Below are positions 9,659 to 18,140 of a stretch of 64,000 nucleotides of DNA, piece by piece. The notes beneath the pieces are model-generated. The model had not been told where the DNA came from and made no database searches. It worked only from the letters and a program-made list of their open reading frames with translations. The position numbers and the translations under genes are program-made. This stretch comes from Oscillospiraceae bacterium (GTDB lineage: Bacteria; Bacillota; Clostridia; Oscillospirales; Oscillospiraceae), in assembly GCA_031261745.1 (NCBI GenBank), contig JAISJC010000083.1, positions 22,772 to 86,771 on the forward strand, given 5' to 3'. The stretch's first letter is position 1, and every line of letters starts with the position of its first letter.

Positions 9659-9687
9659 TTGACAATTACGGTGATCTGTGTTATAGT
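9659..9687 (+). promoter_or_regulatory. Consensus sigma-A-type promoter on the antisense strand (TTGACA-17-TATAGT)
   Basis: TTGACA at 9659-9664, 17-nt spacer, TATAGT at 9682-9687. Sits inside the 144-nt portal-MuF intergenic region. Confidence 0.4.
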
Positions 9688-9791
9688 ATGAGTAAAGATA
9701 CTGGCTCCCGACTTTCGACGACTAAACGTAGGCGAAAGCCGTGTAGGGGCGGCAGAGTACAAACCTCTCCGTCTTCACCCAGTATTTTTTG

Positions 9792-12113
9792 TTACCCAAT
9801 TTTCCACCCCGTCAGCAACCACGTCTTTTTTTCTCCGTGTTCGTCAAGCGATAGAACCGCCTCGTACCCGTCCTTTTCGACGTGAATGGTTTTCTTAGCT
9901 GCGACGTACTTCACGATGTTTCCATCAACAACTGCATCAATGACTTTCGGCACGGTTTCGGCACCGTGCCTTTCCTCAATATGTACCAGGCCTTTCTTTT
10001 TATCGCCTTGAATAAGCGTTATGTCGTTTGTTCCCCCATACCGCTCCAAGTCGTCGCGGAGATTGCTAATTGTTACTTCGCTTTCTCCGGCTGACAGACG
10101 CTCAATCGCGTTCTCAACTTGCTTGTGCTTTTCGGCACTGCTACTTTCGCCGTTTTCGCCGCTGCCCGACCCGCCGCCGCTTCCGAACTTTCCATCTCCA
10201 TCGCGCGGTTGGTCGGGGTCGAAGTCATCGGTAACGCGTGTCGTTTCGCCATCACGCGCAAGGTAGTCAGCAAGCAAGCCGAGCGACTCCTTGAACGGCG
10301 GGAATAGGTCAATCGTTTTTAGCGCAGACGGCTCCACAAGTGTAAAGTCGCTCATCTCGCCGTCCGTGGCTATTTCTCCACGGTTCTTTCCGCATTTTGT
10401 GCAAAGAAAGATATGCGGAGAGCCGTATTCCTCGGAAAGTGTGTTCAGCTGATTCAGCGGCACAAGGTTTTCGGCAAGCAAGCCGAATTCCTCTTGCAAT
10501 TCACGCCGAGCGGCTTGCTCCGGCGTTTCTCCCAAGTCTATGTGACCGCCCGCGCTTGCCCACCCCTGCCCGTCGCTACGCTTGGCAATAAGGAATTTGC
10601 CGTCTTTCATCACGATTATTCCGACAGTCCCGGGTGCAAGGCTCGTGTCCTGTGCCATACTCGGCAAGTCCGCGTCTATATCACCGCCAACGCCCGCGCC
10701 GCCCATCAGACCCATCATAGGGTCGTTCATTGATTGTAGGTCTTTTGCCCATACGCCCGCGCCCTCGGCGATCATTTCGTCCGTGATGCTTGCGTACATT
10801 CCGCTTTCGTCGCTGAGGGCTTTGAGTTCTTTCAGAAACGCCTCTTGCGTCATTCCGTTGGCGTTGAAAACCTCAATCAGCGTCATCGACTTTTTGTGCG
10901 CGATTTCGGCTTTCTCACTTTCGGTCGGATTGCGGACATTGTCGTAAACGTAATCAATATCGTCGGGCAGAACGCCCCACGCTGACAGCGCAAGGATCGG
11001 GAGCAGCTGCTCAACGACCGGTGACAACTCAATTTCGCGGCGTTCCTCGGCGTAGTCGTAATAGTTCTGCAAGTCCGACTCGCCTGTCGCGTTCATTCCG
11101 GCGGGACTTCTCCCGAATAACTTTGTCGCGGGGATATGCGATGCTCCCGTAATATCCATCATCAGCGCATTGTAAACATCGGCAAGCCCGGCGAACGTAT
11201 ACTGATACTGTTGAAGCGTGTCGCCCTTGTTGAGTATCCGCGTTCCGAGGTTTGATTCAAGAACGCTTATCGCTTGCATCTGATTCCAAAAACGCCGTTG
11301 AACCTCGCCGCCGCCAATCGCAAACATCTGGTCAATGTTGTCCATTGTGAGAACGGTTTGGTTCGCCTTGAACGTGAGCGACGCGATATTTGCAGATACA
11401 TTGTCGTGCTTTACGATTTCCTCGTAAATCGCTTCGATTTCGCTTTGCCCCCAATGCAGCTCCGCAACACGCTCTACCCACGGCAATTCGCGCCCGATAA
11501 AGCGGATGCAGCGAGAGTGATGCGCTTTGTACTGAACCGACCCGGCTTCATTCCGAATCTCGTAGAATTCGGGGTACCCGTAGTTCGGATCGTTTATATC
11601 GCTCACAAGCGACATACTCGGGTATGCACCATTCCAACGGTCAACGATATACAAGCCGCGAAAGCTGTCCGGCATTATCTCGTCGAGGTTCAGCGGCTTT
11701 TCGAGGTCGTCTTGTCCGTCAATCAAAATCAACCCGATTGCGCCACCATAAAGCCGCCCCCACTTCATACCCTCGAGGACGGACTTGCGGAGACGTGTTG
11801 TCCGCATTAGCTTGTTGAGTTTACTGAGCATATCCGGCGCGACATTGGACGTGACCTTGAACCACTTTTTTGTGATATCCTCGGGGATTGTGTTAATCAC
11901 ATTTTGAACAATCCAATTCCCGCGATAAAGGCTATTGAGCAGTTGATAATTCTGCGTCAGCCGCATAAGCGGGTACTCGGTCGCTTGCATAAGGTTTTGT
12001 GTGCCAACGCCGAGCCGCGCGGCGGGGTTGCTGAACGCATCTGATGTTCGCGCCAAGTGAGTGGACGTGGTAGGCGTTCCGCGCGACACCGCTTTTAATT
12101 TTACTGTTGCCAC
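9792..12113 (-). CDS. Portal protein (DUF1073-like) fused to a NUDIX hydrolase domain and a C-terminal nuclease-like module
   Basis: 773 aa, placed right after terL. The portal-like region covers aa 1-~480. A perfect NUDIX box GGHIDLGETPEQAARRELQEEFGL sits at aa 522-545. This is followed by a DQPRDGDGKF linker plus Gly/Ser spacer, then a terminal module with GLVHIEERHG. Confidence 0.85.
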   Translation of the reverse strand: MATVKLKAVSRGTPTTSTHLARTSDAFSNPAARLGVGTQNLMQATEYPLMRLTQNYQLLNSLYRGNWIVQNVINTIPEDITKKWFKVTSNVAPDMLSKLNKLMRTTRLRKSVLEGMKWGRLYGGAIGLILIDGQDDLEKPLNLDEIMPDSFRGLYIVDRWNGAYPSMSLVSDINDPNYGYPEFYEIRNEAGSVQYKAHHSRCIRFIGRELPWVERVAELHWGQSEIEAIYEEIVKHDNVSANIASLTFKANQTVLTMDNIDQMFAIGGGEVQRRFWNQMQAISVLESNLGTRILNKGDTLQQYQYTFAGLADVYNALMMDITGASHIPATKLFGRSPAGMNATGESDLQNYYDYAEERREIELSPVVEQLLPILALSAWGVLPDDIDYVYDNVRNPTESEKAEIAHKKSMTLIEVFNANGMTQEAFLKELKALSDESGMYASITDEMIAEGAGVWAKDLQSMNDPMMGLMGGAGVGGDIDADLPSMAQDTSLAPGTVGIIVMKDGKFLIAKRSDGQGWASAGGHIDLGETPEQAARRELQEEFGLLAENLVPLNQLNTLSEEYGSPHIFLCTKCGKNRGEIATDGEMSDFTLVEPSALKTIDLFPPFKESLGLLADYLARDGETTRVTDDFDPDQPRDGDGKFGSGGGSGSGENGESSSAEKHKQVENAIERLSAGESEVTISNLRDDLERYGGTNDITLIQGDKKKGLVHIEERHGAETVPKVIDAVVDGNIVKYVAAKKTIHVEKDGYEAVLSLDEHGEKKTWLLTGWKIG

Positions 12114-12120
12114 AGGGAAA

Positions 12121-13416
12121 TCACCCTACTTTCTGCCGTTCTTCTTTTCGCTCCTCGAAACCTATGCGCCACTTCGGCAACTTGGTAAAAACGAAATAAC
12201 GGAGCGCGTCGGCTCCGTGGTCGTTTTCTTTAATCGGTTTATCCTCGCCCTTTTGGGACGCTTTCTTATCCCACGCATAGGAGCGCAGTTCGCCGATAAG
12301 GCCCGCGCACCGTTCCCGATGCACGCGAATTTTCTTTTTCATAAACATATTGGACGTTGCGCGGATCCCGTCGTTCACCGCGTTGTCCGCTTGCGTAACG
12401 AACATTAACCTTGTCAGCAGTTCCGCAATGAAACTCGCTGCGGAGGGGTCAACGACGACCTCGCAGAGGTTATCCCCCATAAAGGTAACCATATCTGCGC
12501 CGTACTCCCCATCCGTCTTTTGAGCGCGGGGCGCACGTTTCGCTTCGTCACTTTGGCTGTCCCACCGATATTCGTTGTCAACCCATATTGTGTCGCCGTC
12601 ATCGTAAATATCGAGAAAAACGCACGGGTTTGTAGTGCCATAGTCAACCGCGATCGTGCGCTGCGATATGAGTTCAAGATTGTGCGGCCGCTCCGCGTCG
12701 TCGTAGATATTCGTTTCCGAAAAGGAATCGTAAATCACGCCCTCGGCGACGACACGTTCCCCGAGTATGTATCTGCGGTAGAAAACGCCGGTGTACTGCT
12801 TTTTCAGTTCCTCTTTGCGCTCCTCGGGAATTGCGAGATTGTCGTCAAGCGTAAAGAACCACTGCCGATACCCGGGCAGTTTCTCATTGAGGTATCTGTC
12901 CGTGTATTCCCTATAAATCCAGTGGTTAGGGTTATCGGGGTTGAGTGTCCATATGTTCTTGCGATCAACCGACGCAAAGGAGCGTTTGAACGCTTCCTCA
13001 ACGAACGACTGCGGCTGCAAATTGACCTCGTCGGCGTACCAACCGCCGACTGTTGCACCGCGCAAGGAGTTAAAGGAGCGTTCCGTATTCGCTCCGAAAC
13101 AATAGCATATCTTATCCTTGCCGCGCCCTGCGTGAACTATGAGCTGTCGAGTGTCGCGGCTCGTGATGTACTCAGCGCGACGACCGAGAACCGAAAGCAA
13201 TCCGTAATCGCCCGAAATGACATTGCGGTAAAGCGACGCGATTGTATTGCCCGACATAATAAAGAACTTCTCGGGGCTGTTGGTGATATAGTTTATCCAC
13301 GCCAACTCCGAGGCTACGGTTTTGCCGGAGCGAACCGCGCCCTCGTAAACGGTCAAGTACCCGCAGTTCGCTATGCTGTTGATTGCCTTTTGTGTCAACG
13401 GTTTAACTATCCCCAT
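12121..13416 (-). CDS. terL: Terminase large subunit (PBSX XtmB-like)
   Basis: 431 aa with P-loop-like GAVRSGKT. Overlaps the terS stop by 14 nt and is followed by the portal gene. Confidence 0.9.
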   Translation of the reverse strand: MGIVKPLTQKAINSIANCGYLTVYEGAVRSGKTVASELAWINYITNSPEKFFIMSGNTIASLYRNVISGDYGLLSVLGRRAEYITSRDTRQLIVHAGRGKDKICYCFGANTERSFNSLRGATVGGWYADEVNLQPQSFVEEAFKRSFASVDRKNIWTLNPDNPNHWIYREYTDRYLNEKLPGYRQWFFTLDDNLAIPEERKEELKKQYTGVFYRRYILGERVVAEGVIYDSFSETNIYDDAERPHNLELISQRTIAVDYGTTNPCVFLDIYDDGDTIWVDNEYRWDSQSDEAKRAPRAQKTDGEYGADMVTFMGDNLCEVVVDPSAASFIAELLTRLMFVTQADNAVNDGIRATSNMFMKKKIRVHRERCAGLIGELRSYAWDKKASQKGEDKPIKENDHGADALRYFVFTKLPKWRIGFEERKEERQKVG

Positions 13417-14359
13417 CGGTTTCGTCCTTTTTCACACCCGAAACATCGGCGATAACCTGCGCGAACTCCGAAAGCAAGCCGTCGCTGTCCTCAATGTCCC
13501 CGCCATACTTTTTCGTTTCGTGTTCGTGTTTCTCCTGTTGCATTTTGAGTTGAGCAGCGTCATAGTCGATTTTGTGCCTATCAAGCGGATTGACGAGGAA
13601 GTACCGTTCTAAGAAGTCGAGCGACTTATTGCGGTCAGCGAGTTTGATTTTTACGCCGCTGTCGCTTTCGGTTATCTCGCTTATGAGCTGCCCGTCTACA
13701 TCTGCGCTGCTCTTAATGGTGACTTCGTTGACGATTCGAGTAACAGGCACCATCGCGCCAGTGTCGGGCCGCTCCATCATAACGACGTGTCCGTTGTACA
13801 CTTTCGGCGTTTTATGTGAGCCGAAGTCCACGAAGTCCGTGATGTCGGAGAACGCAACCCTCATATGGTACTCGACGAGTTCAGCCGCGTCAAAGGTTAT
13901 GCGGTTTCTGACTTCGTCGCTCATTCGCTGAAGTAAGGCTTTAATTTCGGGTTTTTTCAAGAGTTCGCTTGCCATTGAGTACGCGCTTTTCGGTGAGTAT
14001 CCCGCTCGAATTGCCGCTTGCGTTCCGTTCTTATTGCGGAAATAATAATAACAGAATTGTCGCTGCTTTTCGTTGAGTCCGTCATCGTCGAGTGCTTCGT
14101 TAGCAGCCACCGCAATGTATTCCTCAACGGACGGTGTTTCTTTTTTTGGAACGCTCCGCACAGGTATCGGAGCGTTCCGTTTGTTTTTTGGAACGCTCCG
14201 CTCGTTTTTTTTTGCCCAATTATCTTTGTTTTTCCACGCTCTGATGGTTGATTCGGGGAGTTGAAGCGTTCCCGCTATATCGCAGAGTTTTGCCGTTCCT
14301 TTTGATTGTTCCCACATTATTCGGGCTTTTTCTCGCTTTGGATCTCTTGCCCTTGGCAT
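13403..14359 (-). CDS. terS: Terminase small subunit
   Basis: ATG 14359 preceded by SD GAGGGGTGG. Terminase_2-type segment NEKQRQFCYYYF...AAIRAGYSPKSA, plus an N-terminal HTH-like region. Confidence 0.8.
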   Translation of the reverse strand: MPRARDPKREKARIMWEQSKGTAKLCDIAGTLQLPESTIRAWKNKDNWAKKNERSVPKNKRNAPIPVRSVPKKETPSVEEYIAVAANEALDDDGLNEKQRQFCYYYFRNKNGTQAAIRAGYSPKSAYSMASELLKKPEIKALLQRMSDEVRNRITFDAAELVEYHMRVAFSDITDFVDFGSHKTPKVYNGHVVMMERPDTGAMVPVTRIVNEVTIKSSADVDGQLISEITESDSGVKIKLADRNKSLDFLERYFLVNPLDRHKIDYDAAQLKMQQEKHEHETKKYGGDIEDSDGLLSEFAQVIADVSGVKKDETDGDS

Positions 14360-14374
14360 TTCGCCACCCCTCAA

Positions 14375-15007
14375 TCAACTTGTACCGATTTGGAGCAGTT
14401 CGCTCCTTGGCAACCGCGCCGTGCCATCGAATGGCGGCTCCCACGTTGCAAATCTGTCATCTTGCGGTACGCGCTTCGCCGTTCCCGCTGATATAGCGTC
14501 CACAGCGTTGCACAGCATTTCTACGCCTATCGGGAATATCTCTGCCCAAAGACGGTGATAATCCCAATCCCGAGCGACAAAGACGGGCGTTTGCGCGAGG
14601 ATGTCCCCGCCGTCCACCTTATCGTCAAGCCAATAGACCGTCGCGCCGGTTATTGCGTCGCACATATCGACCGCCCACCGAACAGCGTCACGCCCTCGGT
14701 GCCGAGGGAGGAGCGACGGGTGAAAACCTATCGCTCCATATTTTGCCGATGATATGGTCTGCGCCGATATGTACCAATGCGAGTGCGCTGAAATAACGAG
14801 TTCGGTGTTTCGTGGTATCTGCGCCGACGTGATGTTCTCGCAGTCGCTTATTACGGGAATTTTCCGCTTCAACGCCGCGCCTGTGATTTTGTCGTAATAT
14901 TTCTCTTGCGGCGGCGGGGCGACTCCGACGATATTGTGACCGCGCTCGAAAAGGTTCACGAGGACAGCGCGACCGAAACTGCGCTGTCCGCATATGAAAA
15001 TGTTCAT
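14375..15007 (-). CDS. Formyltransferase N-domain protein (Fmt/PurN-like, no Fmt C-terminal domain)
   Basis: 210 aa with FHPSLLPRHRGRDAVRWAV and DGGDIL motifs. The usual Asn of the N-x-H motif is Gly (IGFH). ATGA overlap with the upstream gene. Confidence 0.7.
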   Translation of the reverse strand: MNIFICGQRSFGRAVLVNLFERGHNIVGVAPPPQEKYYDKITGAALKRKIPVISDCENITSAQIPRNTELVISAHSHWYISAQTISSAKYGAIGFHPSLLPRHRGRDAVRWAVDMCDAITGATVYWLDDKVDGGDILAQTPVFVARDWDYHRLWAEIFPIGVEMLCNAVDAISAGTAKRVPQDDRFATWEPPFDGTARLPRSELLQIGTS

Positions 15008-16140
15008 ATGCGCTCACCTATGTACTTGAATCCTTGTACCGCTCGGAAGTGTCCTCCATAGCCGAGGTTCATTTTTATATTGCCACGGCTTTTCGTCATA
15101 CTCCGTGCGCTGCGCGTCTTGTTATCTCCATAGAGTATTGCGCTTGTCTGTACCCACCGTTTACTGCGCCGCAGGGCGGCGCACAGCTGAGGGTGCGACG
15201 TGTGAAAGAATGTCGGTATTTTTTTGTTCTTTCTGCCGTTCCCCTCAAGGTGGTATTGGCATACCCATTCGAGAAATCTGACTCCGACTCCCGCGCCCTG
15301 CCACTCCGGCATCGTAACAAGCCGTGTCGCCCTGTACCCGTTCGCGGTGAATAGCGGAGCCACCGCGAGATGACACGCCAACTCTCCGTCCACCGTGCCA
15401 ACAAAATATTCGGCTGCGGGTGGCATCGGGAGGTCTAAATAATAATGCGGCTTAAAGTAGTGCCAATAACTGCCGTCCGTCTTGAAAACCTCAAGCTCAA
15501 TTTTCGGCCTTTGCCGAAGCCGCCCGCGCTCGAATTCTCTTGACTTTGTATCAAATACCCAGTCGGGCTGAACCCAGTCGAGAATATCGTAGTGCGGGGT
15601 AAGCAACACCACCTTTCCGTTTGGATTGGTGCGCCGCCAAGCCTTTTGAAATGCCTGTGAGCCTATGCGGGCAATTTGCCGATCAACGACGCTTGTGAAC
15701 TCGTCAACCACTACCCGTTCGGGCCTGGTGCATATGAGCCGCGCAAGACCTGCGCGGAACTGTTCACCGTTTGACAATACACGAAACGGACGGAGCCACG
15801 CCGGAACATCTCCGAGTCCCACGTTCGCAAGTGCGCCCGTGACCTCGTTAAAATCGCCGTCCGGCGCGATCTCGTCAATTATTGGGCTGTCAGCCGCCCA
15901 ACCCTGCGTGTAATCGTGAATTAAGTTTTCGCCGAATATGACTTTCCCGATTGAGGACTTGCCGGATCCGGACGGCCCGACAACAACTCCAATCTGCCAA
16001 TCTCCCGTGAGGTCAAGTTCCGCTTCGAGGTCAAAATTGCAGCCGCTTTCGGCATTGAAAAGGCTTTTTACCCGCGCGGCGCGGTAACTGTCGAAGTCTG
16101 ATGTGCGGTTATGCACCGCAATCTTTGTCAACTCGCTCAC
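15004..16140 (-). CDS. Soluble ABC-type ATPase fused to a GNAT-like acyltransferase domain
   Basis: GTG 16140 preceded by SD AAGGTGGTGG. ATPase motifs: Walker A GPSGSGKSS, signature-like LSNGEQ, Walker B VVVDEF. GNAT motif A-like RLVTMPEWQGAGVGVRFLEW. Confidence 0.7.
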   Translation of the reverse strand: MSELTKIAVHNRTSDFDSYRAARVKSLFNAESGCNFDLEAELDLTGDWQIGVVVGPSGSGKSSIGKVIFGENLIHDYTQGWAADSPIIDEIAPDGDFNEVTGALANVGLGDVPAWLRPFRVLSNGEQFRAGLARLICTRPERVVVDEFTSVVDRQIARIGSQAFQKAWRRTNPNGKVVLLTPHYDILDWVQPDWVFDTKSREFERGRLRQRPKIELEVFKTDGSYWHYFKPHYYLDLPMPPAAEYFVGTVDGELACHLAVAPLFTANGYRATRLVTMPEWQGAGVGVRFLEWVCQYHLEGNGRKNKKIPTFFHTSHPQLCAALRRSKRWVQTSAILYGDNKTRSARSMTKSRGNIKMNLGYGGHFRAVQGFKYIGERI

Positions 16141-16712
16141 GTCGCCACCACCTTGCAGTTAAGACCCTGCTCGGTAAGGCTCTCGTAAACGCCGCGTTGC
16201 TCGTCCTCATCGGCGCATATGACAATGACCCCGAATTGCTCTTGGTAGTTGAACCCGGATTCTCTGTTCGTTTCTCCGTCGTCATCATCCATATTGTCTG
16301 CATCGGGCAGCATAAACAGCTCGTCGAGTTCCGCTTGCGTGAACCCCGTGAGGCTTGCCAACATCTCATCGGCATCTGCCGCGAGTTCCTCGAGAAGTAC
16401 GCTTAACTTGTCATCGTCCCATTCGCCGGATATTTTGTTGAGGGCAATATTGAGCGACTTCTCCTGTAATTCGTCAATGTCTATGACGCTTACGTCGAAT
16501 TCGTCGATGCCCATATCGCAGAGAACGGTGTACCTTTGATGACCGCCGACGATGTTTCCGGTGCGGCGGTTCCAAACGATCGGCTCCACCATACCGAAAT
16601 GTTCAATCGACCTCTTTATCTGCTCGTATTCCGCATCGCCGGCCGCAAGTGTTTTCCGTGGATTGTATGCGGCGGGGCTGATTTCGGAGGCTTTAACGCG
16701 TATAATTTCCAT
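16137..16712 (-). CDS. ParB/Srx-like N-terminal domain protein with acidic C-terminal tail
   Basis: ATG 16712 preceded by SD GAAGGAGAA; 191 aa with EPIVWNRRTGNIVGGHQRY. First gene of the late operon. Confidence 0.8.
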   Translation of the reverse strand: MEIIRVKASEISPAAYNPRKTLAAGDAEYEQIKRSIEHFGMVEPIVWNRRTGNIVGGHQRYTVLCDMGIDEFDVSVIDIDELQEKSLNIALNKISGEWDDDKLSVLLEELAADADEMLASLTGFTQAELDELFMLPDADNMDDDDGETNRESGFNYQEQFGVIVICADEDEQRGVYESLTEQGLNCKVVAT

Positions 16713-16821
16713 TGCTTTTCTCCTTCGTCGTTGCTCCACCCGAGGTACTATCGGCGAATAGTACGACGTTGGGCAGCGACGCGCCAAGGAGCGAACGCGC
16801 CGCAAGAAAAGCCCCCTTTCA

Positions 16822-16854
16822 CAAAAGAATGCCGCCCCCGGCGAGGGGCGGCAT
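16822..16854 (-). terminator. Intrinsic terminator downstream of the RinA-like gene
   Basis: 10-bp GC-rich stem (ATGCCGCCCC / GGGGCGGCAT, 16829-16854) with a 6-nt loop. On the minus strand it is followed by TTCTTTT. Confidence 0.6.
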
Positions 16855-16934
16855 ATGAGGTTACAGGATATTATGCTGACATAATAGCACGGGTTTAGGG
16901 GTCGTTATACGCCATTTTGTGATTTTTTTACCTT

Positions 16935-17354
16935 TTATCCCCAGTACATACCAAGATTGGCGGCTACGCTTCTGATGAAATGCCCGTGCCACCGCTCGGC
17001 GGTCTTGTATGATGTCGGGATCTGCATTGCTGCGCCGTTCATCGTGTGCGTCCGTTTCCAGTACATCAAGTCAATGAGTTTGTAACGCGCCTCGCCGTCC
17101 GGCATACGAAGGCAACTCGCAATCGCGTTTGTCACCGCGTCATATTCGCTCTGCTCCCAAGGATCGAGTTCTCGTAATGCGAGGGTTTCTGTTGCGCGTG
17201 GTGTTAAGCCGCCGTTTTTGACACCGAGTCCACCCGATGGCGCGGAAAGCTGCGGTCGATGCAGTTCGTTGTACGCCTCGCGCATTTTCGGATAATTGTA
17301 CAGAACGGTTCGTATGTAAGACCACCACTTAAATCTTGTTTTACCCACTTGCAA
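16935..17354 (-). CDS. Late-gene transcriptional activator, RinA family-like
   Basis: 139 aa with LYNYPKM...YKLIDLMYW...TAERWHGHFIRSVAANLG architecture. Located just upstream of the packaging operon. Confidence 0.65.
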   Translation of the reverse strand: MQVGKTRFKWWSYIRTVLYNYPKMREAYNELHRPQLSAPSGGLGVKNGGLTPRATETLALRELDPWEQSEYDAVTNAIASCLRMPDGEARYKLIDLMYWKRTHTMNGAAMQIPTSYKTAERWHGHFIRSVAANLGMYWG

Positions 17355-17446
17355 AGCCGCCTTTCTTGTGATATAATGACTTTGCTTTCAAATATTAATT
17401 ATGTTTCACAGGAAGTCGTCCGCTTTGCAGAGTGGGCGGCTTTCGC

Positions 17447-17674
17447 TTATGCGGATAGAGCGTCGCGTTTCAAATGCCATCCGACACCATATGCGCCGTG
17501 TAGAGCTTCGGTATATCCGTGAACATACACGTCGGGCGCGATGGAGTCCTCAACTTTGCCCGTGAACGGCCCTGCATCGCACACAACGTAGATTTCCGTG
17601 CCGTCCGGGAACGGGGCAATGTAGATGCGTTTCTCGCGCATAGCGGCAAGAACAAGGGCGACAACAGCTTTCAC
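17447..17674 (-). CDS. Hypothetical small protein
   Basis: GTG 17674 preceded by SD GGAGGT at 6 nt. The upstream part of the tracked ORF overlaps the neighbouring gene. Confidence 0.4.
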   Translation of the reverse strand: MKAVVALVLAAMREKRIYIAPFPDGTEIYVVCDAGPFTGKVEDSIAPDVYVHGYTEALHGAYGVGWHLKRDALSA

Positions 17675-17699
17675 GGTATTACCTCCAATGTTGTGATAA

Positions 17700-18140
17700 T
17701 CACTTCTCGCTCCTTGCCCTGTCGTATTGAGTACACCAACAATTCTTATCCATAAGGCTGCACCTTTTCCTTTGGCAGAACCCTCCGCGTATGTACTTTT
17801 CGCAGCTTTCGGGGCCGCCCTTTGTGTAGAGTTCGCACTCGCCAAGCTGCTCACAAATATCGAACCGCTTCTTACACTTTTCGCATTTAACGCTCCTCCA
17901 CCAGTCACCTACATTCGAGTAATCATAGCCGCTCTCAAGGTCAATCAGGTCTTGGTCGTTGACGAAGTCGTCGAGAACTCCCGCGCATTCGAGGTGCAGC
18001 TTTTCCGTGAAAAAGTCGCCGTCAAATGTGCCGATTCTCACGCGATACCGCGTCCCTTTTTGCACTGCCTCGCCGCACAGTTCGCACTTATGCTCTTTTT
18101 TCGCGGTCGGGAAGCTCTCCCTAAATAGTTCATAACTCAT
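17700..18140 (-). CDS. Cysteine-rich hypothetical protein (several CxxC pairs)
   Basis: 146 aa with CELCG...CEKCKK...C motifs. Overlaps the next gene by 4 nt. Confidence 0.5.
   Translation of the reverse strand: MSYELFRESFPTAKKEHKCELCGEAVQKGTRYRVRIGTFDGDFFTEKLHLECAGVLDDFVNDQDLIDLESGYDYSNVGDWWRSVKCEKCKKRFDICEQLGECELYTKGGPESCEKYIRGGFCQRKRCSLMDKNCWCTQYDRARSEK

Noticed and set aside
12520-13455. 311-aa plus-strand ORF opposite terL
   Set aside because: It is a shadow of the terminase large-subunit gene.
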